Shown in pieces: positions 11,186 to 24,340 of a stretch of 64,000 bases of DNA (the first letter of the stretch is position 1; each line of letters starts with the position of its first letter). Made by a program: the position numbers and the translations under genes. The notes beneath the pieces are model-generated. The model had not been told where the DNA came from. It saw only the letters and a list, made by a program, of their open reading frames with translations, and searched no databases. The DNA comes from Moniliella sp. 'wahieum' (taxonomy: Eukaryota): NCBI GenBank assembly GCA_003971905.1, contig RSEE01000013.1, positions 806,001-870,000 of the forward strand, in the 5' to 3' direction.

Positions 11186-12569
11186 ATGAACGCGACGGAC
11201 CTCTTCGCTCCTGCACCAGAGGGTGTCGTAGTTCATCTACCACCTTTCCTAACCAAGGAAGAGTTTCATTCCCTTATGTACCGCGGCATGTATTTCGCCC
11301 GCAACGTTGACCCTTGGGTATGGGAGTACGTCATATCCCATCATGCCCACATGTGCTCTTCCATCTCTCTAACGGAGCTTCGCTGGGAATGCTAACCCCT
11401 CACACCTCACTTTTTTGTACCTCAAAGCATGATTTTAACCCTTGGGGCGGAGTTGGAGATGTATCGCAAGCGAGGCTGGAATTGGCAGGTCACACCTCCG
11501 TTCCTCATGGTGCGTTACCTCCCCCCCGTGTCGATCGCATTGTACATCATTGTAGTACGACAAGAAAGTTGGACGTCGCGCAGTTGCTTCCTCACTGGCC
11601 GATTTGGGCTCTACTTGAGCACGGTTGTCACATCTGCCGCCACTGCTCTGTTTGGGCTGCGTACCTGCATCATGTGGCACCGTCGACACGTTGTTCTCCT
11701 TCTCGTTCTCTCCTCTGGGTCACCCAGATTGTTTGTGAACTTTGTTGTGGCCAACTGGTCGCCCATTTGCAAACTCTCAATGGTTTTTGCGTTTTCCACA
11801 TGTCGCACCATGCGTTTATTGGTACGTTCTCCTCTATAATTTGCATCTGCTCACGCGATATGCTAACCATCGCATGTGCCAGGGTCTTTTTTCTGGTCAA
11901 CATGGGCGTTGATGCCATCCTGATTGTGCTTGCTACCTGTGCTCTCGTATTCGACCTGAATGCTCGCAAGGTTGTCTTCATTGGCCCCAAGCTCCACCGG
12001 GCACAAATGCGATTGATGCAAGAAGGGATTATTACTACGTCTGCGCCTTGCTCGTCAATCTACTCAACCTGATCGTTTACCTACTCCCTTCTCTCAGTTG
12101 TGGCCGACATCAAACACTACCCTCGCCACCGCCTTGACCTCCATCTGTGCCACCCGCCTGGTTCTGCACAAAATCACAGTCGACAGCGACTGGCGCCACT
12201 TGTTCGGTAGCAGCCGCCGCTTTGACCTCCCCCATCGCACCACCCCCTCGCCCCTCTTCCTCCTACGCTCTCAGAGAAAAGGGGGATGATACTTCCTTCC
12301 TCTGCCTGTCCTCTCGCCCCCACCTGCCACAGCGGCCGGTCTCTACTGCTCCAGTGCCCGCTCCGCCCCCATCGCTTACACGCTCGAGACCCGTGTCCTC
12401 CATACCGCCGCGGCGAATCACCGCCACCCTCGACAACAGAGGACGCAACCTGGTTGTCAAAAGGTTACGTCCCGGCCTTGGACACGCTCGACCCTTCCTT
12501 CCCTCCCAGCCCACTCTTTCCCGGCTGAGCCGGTGTTCGCTTCCGCTCTGCCCCTCTAGGATGGTATAG
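11186..12569 (+). CDS. multi-pass membrane protein, DUF6533-like, spliced
   Basis: WEY/ILTLGAELEMY.KRGW....FLMVRYLP resembles the basidiomycete YDxxLTLxxE..W..FxxxRY motif; several hydrophobic helices; introns near 11330-11430 and 11822-11882. Confidence 0.65.
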
Positions 12570-13204
12570 GACATCAATTTTATGAATCCCCCCCCTCCCC
12601 TTTTATTTGTTGGGGAGACTTTTTGTTCCACATCTCTTACCTTGTCACTGGCCGTTGTCTTGTCTGTCCTTTCCTGTCACCAATGTTTGGCAGCACCCAA
12701 CACCACGGGTTGTATGTACTTTTCCCCCACTTTTGTCTTCCATGAATCCGAATTAAGCCTTCTACTAGCTGCCAACATCCACAGCTCGGCGAGCTTTCTC
12801 GCTTTCACCTTCACATGCATCACTTCTTTCAGCAGAGCAGTCGGTCGAAGATTGCACCACAAGAAGCAATGTTTGGCCTACAGGAGAGGACAAAACTGCA
12901 AACGATCATTATGAGCAGAAAACATAATAGAAATAGTGGAGAATGGGCGGCAACAACTAAGCAAGCAGGCCACAAAAGCAGATGCATGAGATAAAGGCGG
13001 TTAGGCCGGGCAACGCAAGAGGGTCAGAGAGAGGGGGGAAGGGGAAGGGAGGGGGATAGTGCAGCAAAAGCAAGGAAGAGAGGTAAGTGGGGAATACAAA
13101 TACAAATGCAAAGAAAAAGCTGCAGATGAGGGTAAATGGGATGGGAGGGAGGGAGAAGACATGATAGAAGAGTGATAGATACGAGGCCAGAGCGACGGGT
13201 ACCC

Positions 13205-16158
13205 TTACCCTCCCCAATCAAAGCTTTCCACATGGATTTGCACCACGCCACGCGAATCGCCTCTCCAGACGGGTGGGATCGGCGGCGCGAGCAGCAGCGA
13301 TGCGGACGGCGCGAGCAAACACAGGGGGTCCACAGGCCGTGACCAAGGTGGGTCCGGTACTGGCGCGCGCAGCGTCAGCCACGACTTGGTCCAAGTTTGG
13401 GCGACGGGGTGGACGAGCTCAGCCAAGACCTGAGCATCGGTTTCCTCTTCTTTGCTCAGGGGTAACTCAGAGATAAAGGGGCGCAAGGATGCGTTTCCAC
13501 CACCTTCGTACACTGCCCTCTGGCCCTCCCTGGCGGGAGAAAAACGCGGGGGAAGCATGGCAGGTGTATCGGTTCCAGCTTCATCGTGCTTGTATTTGTC
13601 TTTGTCCTTATCCTTGTCCTTGTCTGGGTCCTGGACCTCCCTGACGTTTCGCTTGGCCCGCTTGATGGTCGCTTTGCGGGTGCGCGCTCTCCGTAACTTG
13701 CCCTCTGAGTACAAGGCTTGGTTCAGACCTACATCTACTTGGTCCGGTCTTGCATCTTCCCCATCAAAGTCGGTCAGGTCAATCTCGGCGTTGTGGCGCG
13801 GGCGGCAGAATCGAGCGGCGGGGGGAGAGGGAGCGAAACGTTGAGTGACCAGGTCGATCTCGAGTTCGACGTCAGGTGGAGCGACGAGGAGGTAGGAGTG
13901 CCATCGGTGTACCCGGCCCAGGGGCAACATCCTCTCTTTGCTCATCCCCGTCACGTACAGATCAACTTTGAGCAGGTTGGGCGGGAGCGCCTCGATGCAC
14001 CGCAGCGGGGTCGCAGCCCAGAGGAGGTGGGCCAGGTCACGCATGATCCAGACAAAGTGTACCTGGTTCGTCTTCCATTCGTGCTTGCGTGCCGCACCAA
14101 CGGGAAGGGCAGGCACACCGAGCAATGCCGCCGCTGCCCTGGCGGCGGGAAGCGTACTTCCTCCAGTTTGGGCCGCTAGTGGGGTCTGAACCGTCTTGAG
14201 CATGCCAGCACAGAGGTACTGCAGGGCCGCCACGCCGTATGCCACACCGCTCCCGGCACAGACGACGACGGTGGTATGGTGGGCACCCCAATCGACACGC
14301 GGGAGGAGCCAAAGGCCCATCGACCAGAGCGCGGAGGTGGGTTCCAACGATTGTCTTGGGGACGAGGTTGTACAACGAGCGGGTAAAGCCTTGGCGGGCA
14401 CGAATAAGGAGGACGAGGGTCAAGCCGTCTTGGTAAGCAACCGATACTGGCTCCACTGGCTTCGCGCGCGGCGCGAACGATGCACTCTCCACGGCCGAGG
14501 CGATGGTAAATGGATGGAATTGCAGCCGGCTCACCTCGGGGATGCAGAGGGACAGCCACTGTCCTGGGTACCAAGGAAACGGGCGGAGCAGACGCAGCGT
14601 CACCCGAACGGTTTGTCCTGGCAAGGCCTGCACATAGGCCCATCCCGGTTGCAGCTCCGCCGCGATTGACGGGGGGATAGGAGGATGCGTGCCGCAGCAT
14701 TGGCACCAAAGACGGCGGGGGGTATCGCATCTGTCGAACCTGGATCCTGCAGCCGGAGGCCCTCGGGAACCGGCTGTTGGGAACTCGTCTGCCCGTACGA
14801 TGAGATCAGGGCATCAATCTCCTCATACTCCTTATCTTTGCGCAAGGTTGTGAGGGAGCGGCCGGGCGGTGCGTGCGGATCGGGAGTGGGAATAGGAAGC
14901 AGGGTTCGGACACTGGCGGGCCCGACTGATGGCAGCGATGGAGAGGAAACGTTTTCCCTCAGCTACACAGGGTTTGGGGCGGCTCCAGAGACGAGGTCGG
15001 TCTGGGTGATGTGAGCCGAGGAACGGGGTTCATAGGATAGGCTTCAGTTGGTATGGGGAGTTTCGTTTCTTCTTCTTGCACGGGAGTGTAGGCGGAAACA
15101 TGGAAGAGTGCGTTGACCCAGATGCTCTTGACGGCGCGAAGGACGCGTTCGGCCACCCACCAGAGCAATGCGGCCCAGAGCCAGGGCGCCAGGGGCGGGT
15201 GGTGCAAGGCGCCCGCCACCAGAAACCCCAATGCATACCACATGAGAGATGTAGAAGAACTCATACGCCCTTCTCCTGACAATCGGGAGGGAGAGCAAGA
15301 CCAAAAGAGTGAGAAAGATGTAGGAAACGATAGCCCAGCGGAAGCGAGTCCAGACCAGCGCAAAACTGATCACCTTCTTGTCCCCATAACTGTCTTTGCC
15401 TGTCTGGACAAGCCAAGGGATGGTGTGCCCCGTGGCGACGACCCAGAGAAGGTAACCAGCATAGGCGTGTAGACCCGCCAGGCGGTCAAACGCGTTCGCT
15501 CCAAATATGCGAAATGACAGGAGAGCAAAGGGCACCTGTCGCAACGCGAGCAGAACAACAAGAGGGGTGAGGGCATTGGTCAACAGCCCCAACCGCCCAC
15601 CAACAGTCCACCAGGTGCGGTATCCCAACGCTTGCGTCGGCGCAGTAGTGGTGACGGAAGGATAGCCTCCCTGGGTCCAAGAAATTGCACGAGGGCAGGG
15701 CCTGTGCCCGGGGGCGGCGGGCTGGACGCCAAGGCAGAGGGAAGGCTGCGCTCGCATTCCATGCAGATGCATGTGGGTCGGGGTAGTCTGCCCCAATGAG
15801 CGTAAGGAGGAGTATAAGCAGGCCGAGGGCGGCGGGGAGGAAGAGCGAGGCGATGGATGGACGGCGCCAACTGGATGAGCGGGGCGAGGGACAAGAGAGT
15901 GTTTGCGCCACCACATGGCGAGTGTGGTGAAGGAAAGACGGGGGCCGAGGGCGAGGCGGACGCCCTCACATAGCACACAGGCGCGATGACGAGCCAAAAG
16001 ATGTAGGCATATCGCCATGCGGACGGCGGCAGCTTGTGTGCGTCAAGATAGAGGGCATGTAGTGGTGGTAGTCGTAGGCTGTGGTGGTGGTGGCGGCGGC
16101 GCTTCCGCTGCTGCTGGTAGCGCCCCCCGTCCCGGCCAGCCGGGCGGGGGGCAGACAT
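13205..16158 (-). CDS. ferric/cupric reductase (FRE/NOX superfamily)
   Basis: Heme histidines LH...GHT and YEFFYISH; PGQW..FHPFTIAS (FAD); VDGPFG, CAGSGV, HFVWIMRD, HVESFDW (NADPH). Confidence 0.92.
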
Positions 16159-17790
16159 GAGAGGAAGAGAGGAGTGGCGGAGAGAAAGAGAAAAGAGGGT
16201 GGGGGCGCTGGGGTGTGGTGGGACGGGGAAGACAAGAAATGGCTGGTACTTTACCGCTAGGACTGGCAAACGCAAACTGCAGTCTTGGCGTTGTTCCAAG
16301 TGGAAGCGCCAGCGGGGGGCAGTGGACCAGCTGCAATCAAGTCAATAGCAAGCGAGCGTTTATCCGATCCCAGGTCACCGATCATCTCGCTTCCAACTCC
16401 ACTCCCGCCCCCCTCCGCTCCGCCCCGCCCCGCTCCACTCCTCTCCATTCCACTCTACACTCCACTATACTCCACTCCACTCCCACTCCCCTCGGTTCCA
16501 CACTGCCCCCCCCTCCTCAGGCAGCCAGCGCCGATGCGCGCTGATGCACTGACTTGAGGAGCGTATTATTGACCGGCCTGTCCTTCCCGCCTGATCATCA
16601 GATTCAGATGGCTCCGTGTCGGCAGGGCATGTCCAGCTTTGGCGGTGGTATATGGTAGACCTTTGCCTGTACTGCCCGACAACACCGGTACCAGGCCCTG
16701 CATCCCTCCCACGTCAGCCATCCATCCACTTCCGGTATCCACCGGCAGCGTCAGGCGCCGCCACGTCCTATTTGCTCGGCAGCACCCTGAGCCTCAGCGC
16801 CTCAGCAAGCCCAGCGCCTCAGCACTACTAGCACAACACCCTTCTTGGCCCTTCTCGGCCTTCTCCCTCTCGCATCCCACGCGTCACGATCGATGATCTC
16901 CTATCTCTTACTCCATCGATCATCATAAATCATCGGTCATCGCACACCTCGCTCCGATCGCAGATCCCCTTGGCACGCGGTCCCATCTGGTACGACAGGC
17001 ATCACACCACATCCCTGAATATTGAATCTTGCCAGTCTCACTATCACCTACCTCCCACCTCCACCCATATCTCCGAGAACCGGCGAAACCTTCTCCTGTT
17101 CTCCTGCTCGAGCGTGGCCAACTGGCGTCCAACTCAGAAGGTCCCGGCAGGCTGCGTATGCAAGAGATGTACAAAGGAACGCCGTGTTGGTCGCGGAGAG
17201 ACAGAAGGGAGGAGAGCGAAAATGGAGCACAAAGGAAAGCGAAGCCACGTGGCCAAGGCAGTGGCCTAGTGCCACACAGGGAGTCTGTCTGGGAAACTAT
17301 CTGACTAGGTCACAAGAATATCACCCCAGGCGCGCCACACGCGCTGCAACAGCAAAAGGCAGCAAGTTCGTAGCCGGTTATGAAAACCAGCTATTAATCA
17401 GTAACTAGTTACTAGTCCCCGTAACGCCTGAGTAACTAGTAACAAATAGCCGCAACCGCGTAACCGATAACCCTCATTTACCGGGTACAACACTTTCGGT
17501 GCCCCGGGGGTTACCGGTTAGCGGCTACCATGTAATCCATGCATCCGGGGGGGGGGGTGGGGGTCTCACGGTCACATGAAGGTTACCGGTTGCACGCTAC
17601 ATGCTACAGAGACTCCGCGCTCGCGCGCATTGCGTTCCATTAATAATTGACTCTGAGAGTACTGAGGTACCAAGGATATGTATACAAGGGAACCAAGTAC
17701 ATTGAGGACTCAGACCCACCCGGCGTCGGCCATATCCTGTTACTTCTCTGCCCTCTTCGGTAAATCGGGAGATTTGGTGATGGGGGGGAG

Positions 17791-17883
17791 ACCGGGAGGT
17801 GGCCTTGTGGGGTGGGGGACGGGCAACCGGGAGGTGGCCTTGTGGGGTGGGGAGGGCAACCGGGAGGTGGCCTTGGGGTGGGA
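17791..17883. repeat. G-rich tandem repeat, 3 x ~33-35 bp
   Basis: ACCGGGAGGTGGCCTTG(T)GGGGTGGG units start at 17791, 17826, 17859. Confidence 0.9.
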
Positions 17884-17970
17884 AGGGTGGGATAACTGTG
17901 GTGCTCAGGACTGGGGGTTGGGGAGATCAGAGAGTCGTAGGCTCAGGGGTGAGCTTCGGATTGTAACTCT

Positions 17971-18201
17971 AATGATCCTGGTGACCCCGACGTCCTAAGT
18001 GCAGTTATGCAATGGCAGAGAGAAGACAGGAGCTGGGTTGAACGTTGAACCCAGACTGAGGATCAGAACAAGAAGGAGAAGAAGGAGAAGGAAGGAGAGC
18101 GGCACTAGGCCAGGGGATAGGGATACTGGTGTGGTGCCCGGATGAGTAAGATGGTCAGGAGTGCCGCGGAGGTGGCTGGCCCATAGGACCTTGGTCAACC
18201 A
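17971..18201 (+). repeat. dispersed repeat, copy A (~230 bp)
   Basis: Aligns by eye with 41307-41542: AATGATCCTGG..GAGAGAAGACAGGAGCTG..GGGATACTGG..GTGCCCGGATG..CGGAGGTGGCTGGCCC.TAGGACC..AACCA. Confidence 0.88.
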
Positions 18202-18780
18202 AAACCGTCCGAATCTGAGTGTGATGCGGCACTTAGACCAGAATCCACACCCAAACCATTTCTCAGAGAGCAACTCACCTGCCGCCTCGTCCCTATCACC
18301 CATTACGTCACTCGTCCGCACCACTCACACCGGACTAATAGAGGCCTAAGGCCTAAGGCCCAACAAGGTTAGGCCTATAAGGCCTAGGCCGAAAACTCCT
18401 AATAACACCCATCCATTCTCGGCTCGCAACCGTCCGACGCCCGTGGGGATCGCCCACTGGCAGCAGAGGCTTCCCACACGCGCGCCGTCCTACTCGTGAT
18501 GTGCAACCTCCTCCTTCGCCCAGATCACATAGACACCCCAGTCGAAAACTCTCTTTTGTTAGTTCTCGGCCCTTTTGGCGGTCCGAAGCCCGCGGGAAAC
18601 CCCCGAGAGTATATTAGGCTGCACATGCTCCCCACCGTCATGCAACTTCCTCCTCCGCTCATCTCATTAATAGACGCCAGTCGGCCGGCTGGCTTATCCC
18701 TCCCTTCCACCATTACCTTCTGCGCCTTTCTCCCCTCGTTTTCGTGCCCACATCAGTAGTTGTGCGGTGTCCCAACAGCA

Positions 18781-20669
18781 ATGGAGTTTGACAGGCACAC
18801 CCAAGAGAGGCAGAGATCCTCGATGAACGTCTCTGATCAGGATGAAGACTCCAAAGACTTGTCGGGATCCGAGCCCACTCACATTCCTGCCTCCCTCACC
18901 GTCGATGCTGAAAAGAGTCTCGTGCGATCCGAGCCCGACCTACCCTCCAGCGGCAACAATAATGATGAGGACGCGAATACCTTTATGTTGGATGGGAAGG
19001 CGAAGACGACCCTGCCAATCCCAAGAACTGGACCCGTACTTACCGGTGGTACATTACCATTTTGTCTGGCTTCCTGGTTCTCAACTCTACCTTCACCTCT
19101 TCGCGCCTAGTGGTACGGTGCCATTCGCGATGAAGCGGTTTGGATTTGGTCGTGAGGTTGCCACCTTGACCATCTCCATATTATCTGGTACGCCCGTGAT
19201 GCATTCCTCCCTCCTTCCATACACCAGCTGCCTGACCAGAGTGTAGTGGCTACGTCCTTGGGCCTCTTCTGTGGGGTCCCATGAGTGAGCGGGTAGGGCG
19301 GTACCCTACCTTTATGATCGCTTTGACCGGATATGTCGCTTTCAATCTCGGCTGTGCTCTGGCACCCAACACGGGAGCCCTTCTCGCTTTCCGTTCCTAG
19401 CAGGCACATTTGCTTCCTCTCCCTTGACCAACGCAGGCGGTCTCATCGCCGACATTTGGGATGCTAAAACCTTGGGAACAGCGGTATCGCTTTTTCCCTC
19501 GCTCCATTTGCTGGTATGTTGTGTTTGCCGTGGTTCTTCTCGTCCAGTTTTTCCGCGGACTGTGTTCCTAACCTAGTGTGATAGGGCCTGCTCTGGGTCC
19601 GATGGTGTCTGGGGCCATTGCGGTGAGCAACGTGGATTTCCGGTGGACGTACTGGGTGTGCTTTATCTTTTCCTGCGTCTGCTGGATCGCCACCGCCTTG
19701 ACCATCAAGGAGACTTATGCCCCCATCATCCTTGCCCGCAAGGCCAAGCGCATTCGCAAAGAAACCGGCGACGAGCGGTACCAAGCGCCGATCGAGATGG
19801 TCAAACTCAATTTTGGTGAGCTAATGAAGGCCACCTTGCTGAAGCCCTTCATTATGCTGTTTAAGGAACCTATGCTGATGGCGGTGACGATCTACCTTAG
19901 GTACGTCCCACCCTTGTTGTCCTCCCCTCCCCTTTTCTCTCCTTTTTTGTTCCTGCTCCTCCTTACGCAATGCTGACCTGAGATGGGTACAGCTTTGTGT
20001 ATGGCGTTCTCTATCTCCTCTTCGAGGCAGTCCCGATTGAGTTTGAGACGCCCAAACCGAAGGGTCATGGCTTCAACAGTCTCATTGGTGGGCTCATGTT
20101 TCTCCCTCTCTTTCTGGGTTGTGTGTTGGGAGTGGTCCTGTATGTATTGATTGAGAACCCACGGTACGTGCGTCGGGTCAAGGCCTCGCCCAATGGCAGG
20201 GTGCCTCCCGAAGAACGGCTCGTGGTTGGTATGATCGGCGGTGCCACCTTTTCATATCTTTCTTCTGGTACGCCTTTGGTCTCCATCTGCTACTCTTCTA
20301 GGCACTCACAGTCAGGACTCTCCATCTAGGTTTGGGTTCACTTCCTACCCTTCCATCTCATTCTGGAGCCCGATGCTCTCGCTGTTCCTCTTGGGACTGA
20401 GCATTCTCTTACTCTTCCTCAGTATGCTGAGTTACCTGGTAGAATCCTACCTTTTTGCTGCTGCGTCCGCTTTGGCAGCCAACACAGTGGTCCGCTCCGC
20501 CGCTGGCGCCGGGATGCCTCTCTTTGCCACCCAGATGTTCGAAGCGATGAACGTCCGATATGCTAGCCTGTTGCTCGGCTGCATTTCCGTCGCCCTGGCA
20601 CCCATCCCGGTTGTCTTGTGGAAATATGGCGCGGTCCTTCGCGCACGATCCTCCTATGCCCATGGGTAA
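18781..20669 (+). CDS. MFS multidrug transporter, DHA1 family, spliced
   Basis: GPALGPMVSG..FRWTYWV..KETYAPIILARKAKRIRKETG; KEP; PPEERL; ASALAANTVVRS..GAGMPLFATQMF. Confidence 0.93.
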
Positions 20670-21686
20670 CTTCTCACTCATCTTCCCCTTCACTTTCCGC
20701 CGTGCGTGCGACTGCGCGTGTGCTCTTCCATGCTCTCATCCGATTGGAGTACGCTGTTGGGGCCGGGGGCAGACGGAGCCTCTCCGCTCGCACCATCCTA
20801 TTTCCTGCAAGCACGCGCTCGCTTTCATTTTCAAAGCCATTGATGATGGTTTCACTCCTTCCCTCTATGTCCCCTTTCGGAGTCTCATACGTTCTTACCG
20901 CGTTTCCTTCCCCATCGCCTCATCGCCTCAGGGTCCCACATGGTGGGGCGAGGGGGGGGGGGCTTCGGTGGTACCATGATGGGTTTCTTTAATTTCGGTT
21001 GTTACTTCGCCCCTCTCTCTTCGCCTTTCACAACTCTCGAGATAAGTTATTATGGTATCTTCCTACAAGGCGAAAATGTTTATATATAGCACAGTTTCAT
21101 TTGTCACTCAACCCTTGGAGGAGGAAAGAGATGGAGGGCCGATCGCACCCACGAGCTTCTCCGCTCTGGAGAATGAGAAATGTCACAGTGATGAGACAAA
21201 TTTGTAGCTGAGGGACTACTGGTAGAAATTCTCTCGTCGTTTCTTTTACAGCCGTAACTGTGGTGTCAATCGCCTCCTCTCGGCGGGCCCTGCTATTATA
21301 TTATAGACTGTAAGAGATGAACTGAGTAAAAAGAGCTATAACCGCTTTCTTGCTTTCTCTCCCCCTCCTCATCGCTTCCTCATGTACATCATGCACATGC
21401 GAGATGCGTACCAAAACCGTGATGAATGGTAAAAAAAATTGCCATCGCCCTGATGCTTCAAAGGGTAGTGACGTCCAACAGAGATGGGGTGGTATAATGT
21501 GGGACGTGTGAGCACAGGCGCTGGGTATGAGGCGGAAGAGCGGTATTGACAAAAATGAGGAAAGGGAAAAGTGACGAGGAATCCAATGGGTGTGGGTGCG
21601 AAGACGGATATACGGATACGGATGCACGGACACAGATATATGGGTGGGGTGAGGAGCAAAAGAGGATGGGTCACACAGGCCGCTTG

Positions 21687-21909
21687 TTACGGTTCGTTAC
21701 ACCGTACCCCCACGAGGGAGTGGTGGCAAGACGTGCACTCGCTCAGTTTGACAATAATGTTGTTGCAAAAGGGGCAACGGACGTATGGCCCGAGAGCCAG
21801 GTCGACTTCACGGCAGGCGTGGGTACACGTTAGCCTTCCGTCTGGGGAGGGAAGAGGCGGGTGGAGTGGGAGGGAAGGGCGTACAGAGTGGTCCGGGAAG
21901 GATGGGCAT
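21687..21909 (-). CDS. candidate 47-aa zinc-ribbon microprotein (exons 21909-21885, 21805-21687)
   Basis: TATATAT ~95 nt upstream, ATG, GTACGC..GCTAAC..AAG intron, in-frame CPFC-x9-CTSCHH. Confidence 0.45.
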
Positions 21910-24340
21910 GAAGGGTAAGGTCTGAAGTCGGTGGCGGTGGTGGAAGTGGGGACAGTGGCCGCTCGTCTTTTAACCTCCCCCCACTCTAACCCTTTTGCGC
22001 CTGATATATAGGGGCGTACCCTAACACCGAGAGCGCACAACGTATACATGCGTTACAATTCAAAAGGTTATACTTGTTCAAGCTCCCCGGGGGGTAACAC
22101 TAAGGTACCACCACGGTACCTCCTTGCTGTGCTGCGCCAGCCTTGGCGGCAGATGACTCAATGACGGGGGGTATTGTGGGGAGCTATTGTGGCCATACCA
22201 CAGGCGGACAGAGTGGGCGGAGTCCTTGTGAGGCTGCCTCGCTGCCAGCAGGCTGGGGGGGGTTGGGGTCCAATGGCTGTCACACGTCATGAGGGTGGGC
22301 GCAGGGGGAGACGATGCCGTAGAACTTAAGTATGGCATCAAGTGCGTCAAACCCCGATAAAAACGCCTCCACCTCGCCAAGCTCACATAGCTTTTGCGCA
22401 CGGGTGGTTTTAGCGTTGCATATTGCCCACGAGGACGAGCGTCAAGCTTCAAGAGCACTTCCTGTACATATAATGTGTGAGGTCCGAGATCCCTATGGCA
22501 TCCATCTCAGATCCAAATGGGCGAGACACAGAGCGGAATCGAGTTGCGCGCCTGCAATCTGGGGTTACCGGTTAGCGGTTATCTATCTCTGATCGCTCTC
22601 TGCCCTTTGATATATACATCCTCTTTTTTTTCTACCCCGCCGTCACCGCCACCGACGTCATCAATATCACAGGTGAGTTAGATTTGTCGCGCACGGTAGA
22701 TGCCTTGGGAGTGGCATATAAAGAACCAGTTCATGAACGGTGGTCACCCTACTCCAGGGTAGTGTGGGGACCTGCCTGTCTGTCCCTGATCGGCCCATCG
22801 TGCAATTGTCTCTCGGCCAGGGGTCTTTCGCCGCATTATTCAAAACGCGCGTCATATATGTTCTTTCCTGTTGGTGGATATATATGCTCTCGTGTTGTAC
22901 GCATCTCCCCACACAGAATCCATCTCTCGCCGAATGGCCTCCGTGAGACAACAGAGCGGCCGATATATGTGGATGGCGTTGAGTACTGAGTTGAGTACTG
23001 AACTCAACTGAGTGCCGTGGACATGGGCAAGAGCATGCACCTCTCTCGCCTGCCTTGCCGCGACGCTCGCGTTGACCGCGCAGCATAATATGCCCACAGG
23101 TGTGGTTCATAATATCAGCGCAGCCATCACACATGCGCCTGGTCACACATCCTCCTCGCTGGTCTATTCTATTCGGCTTTCTCCTTGATGTTTTCCGTAC
23201 TGTTCTGTTGCCCCTTTCAGTTGGGGCGTTACGCGTCACGGGCTTCTCTGTTAAACTTAAAATGGTACTACCGTCACGCGTCATCGCTCTCCTCTCCTTC
23301 CTCTGCTCGATGCGATACCATAATCCATTTGCTTTACCGGTTAATACGGATTACCGATATCCGATTGCTATGCTCATTGGAGTTATCCCGGTAAGGTTAT
23401 ACCCCTGTCCGCAGGGTATAGAAATAGGGATTGATCTTGTTGATACGCAATAGAGATGTGTCCAGCGAGGACAACAGTACATATGACCTGAACTCTGACG
23501 TAAAAGCTGAGACGTCTTAGAGACCCCTGAGGCCTGACTGTTAAAGTACAGTTCCCTCTCTCTCCTTTGGCCCGTACGTCTGTGTGGTTATAATAGGCCC
23601 AAATACTAGTAGGTCTTATCAATATACCAATCCCGATTTAACCCCTGCCTGCAGCCATCTATGATCGATCGCCTGATCGATCGGATCGATCATGGACATC
23701 ACGATGCCTGGCTCCCTCGGGCTCCCCCGTAATTGGATCTTTGAGACAGTATACGACGCGCATACGATGGCGCACGTTTTGACCAAGTTTTGTGACATGT
23801 GACCCCCAAAAATATATAGCACACAGTCCCTAGTCCCGCAAAATATAAGAACCGAGACAGTAGGAAGGGGCGGGGCTATCTCTTATCGTATGCGCATATA
23901 GTCTCTTCAATCGGGTCACTATCGACTATCCACCCCCCTCTGTTTCTTTCTTTGGTACCTGCACTCCTCCCCCACCCTCCCTCACGCCTCTGTTGCACGG
24001 CTGTTGTGAGTGGCACTGCCTTTGTTTAGGCTTAGCCTGCGCCGCGCGTCTCCTAGCCGTGGTGCCTCCACCTTGTTCCAGTTGTAAGCAGCTCGTGTAG
24101 TAGACACCGCTGGTGCATTCCTCTGTTCTTCCCTACCACCGCCACCTCTTCGCTCAACTCGTTACCTCGTTCTCGCTCATCTGCCTCTGGTAGCTCAGAC
24201 CGCGCCGTCCGCCTGCCGCAGTGCATCGCTACACTTCTGCCGTCCGATGACTATATGGCTCCAGAATTAGTTGCATGGAAAATGGGGGGAATGAGCAAAA
24301 AGATGGACACATTCCAGCAAAAGCTAGCAGCGAAGTGAAT

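Noticed and set aside
18563..18579. TTCTCGGCCCTTTTGGC resembling the 5' end of U2 snRNA
   Set aside because: The following TAAGATCAAGTGTAGTA branch-pairing region and an Sm site are missing.
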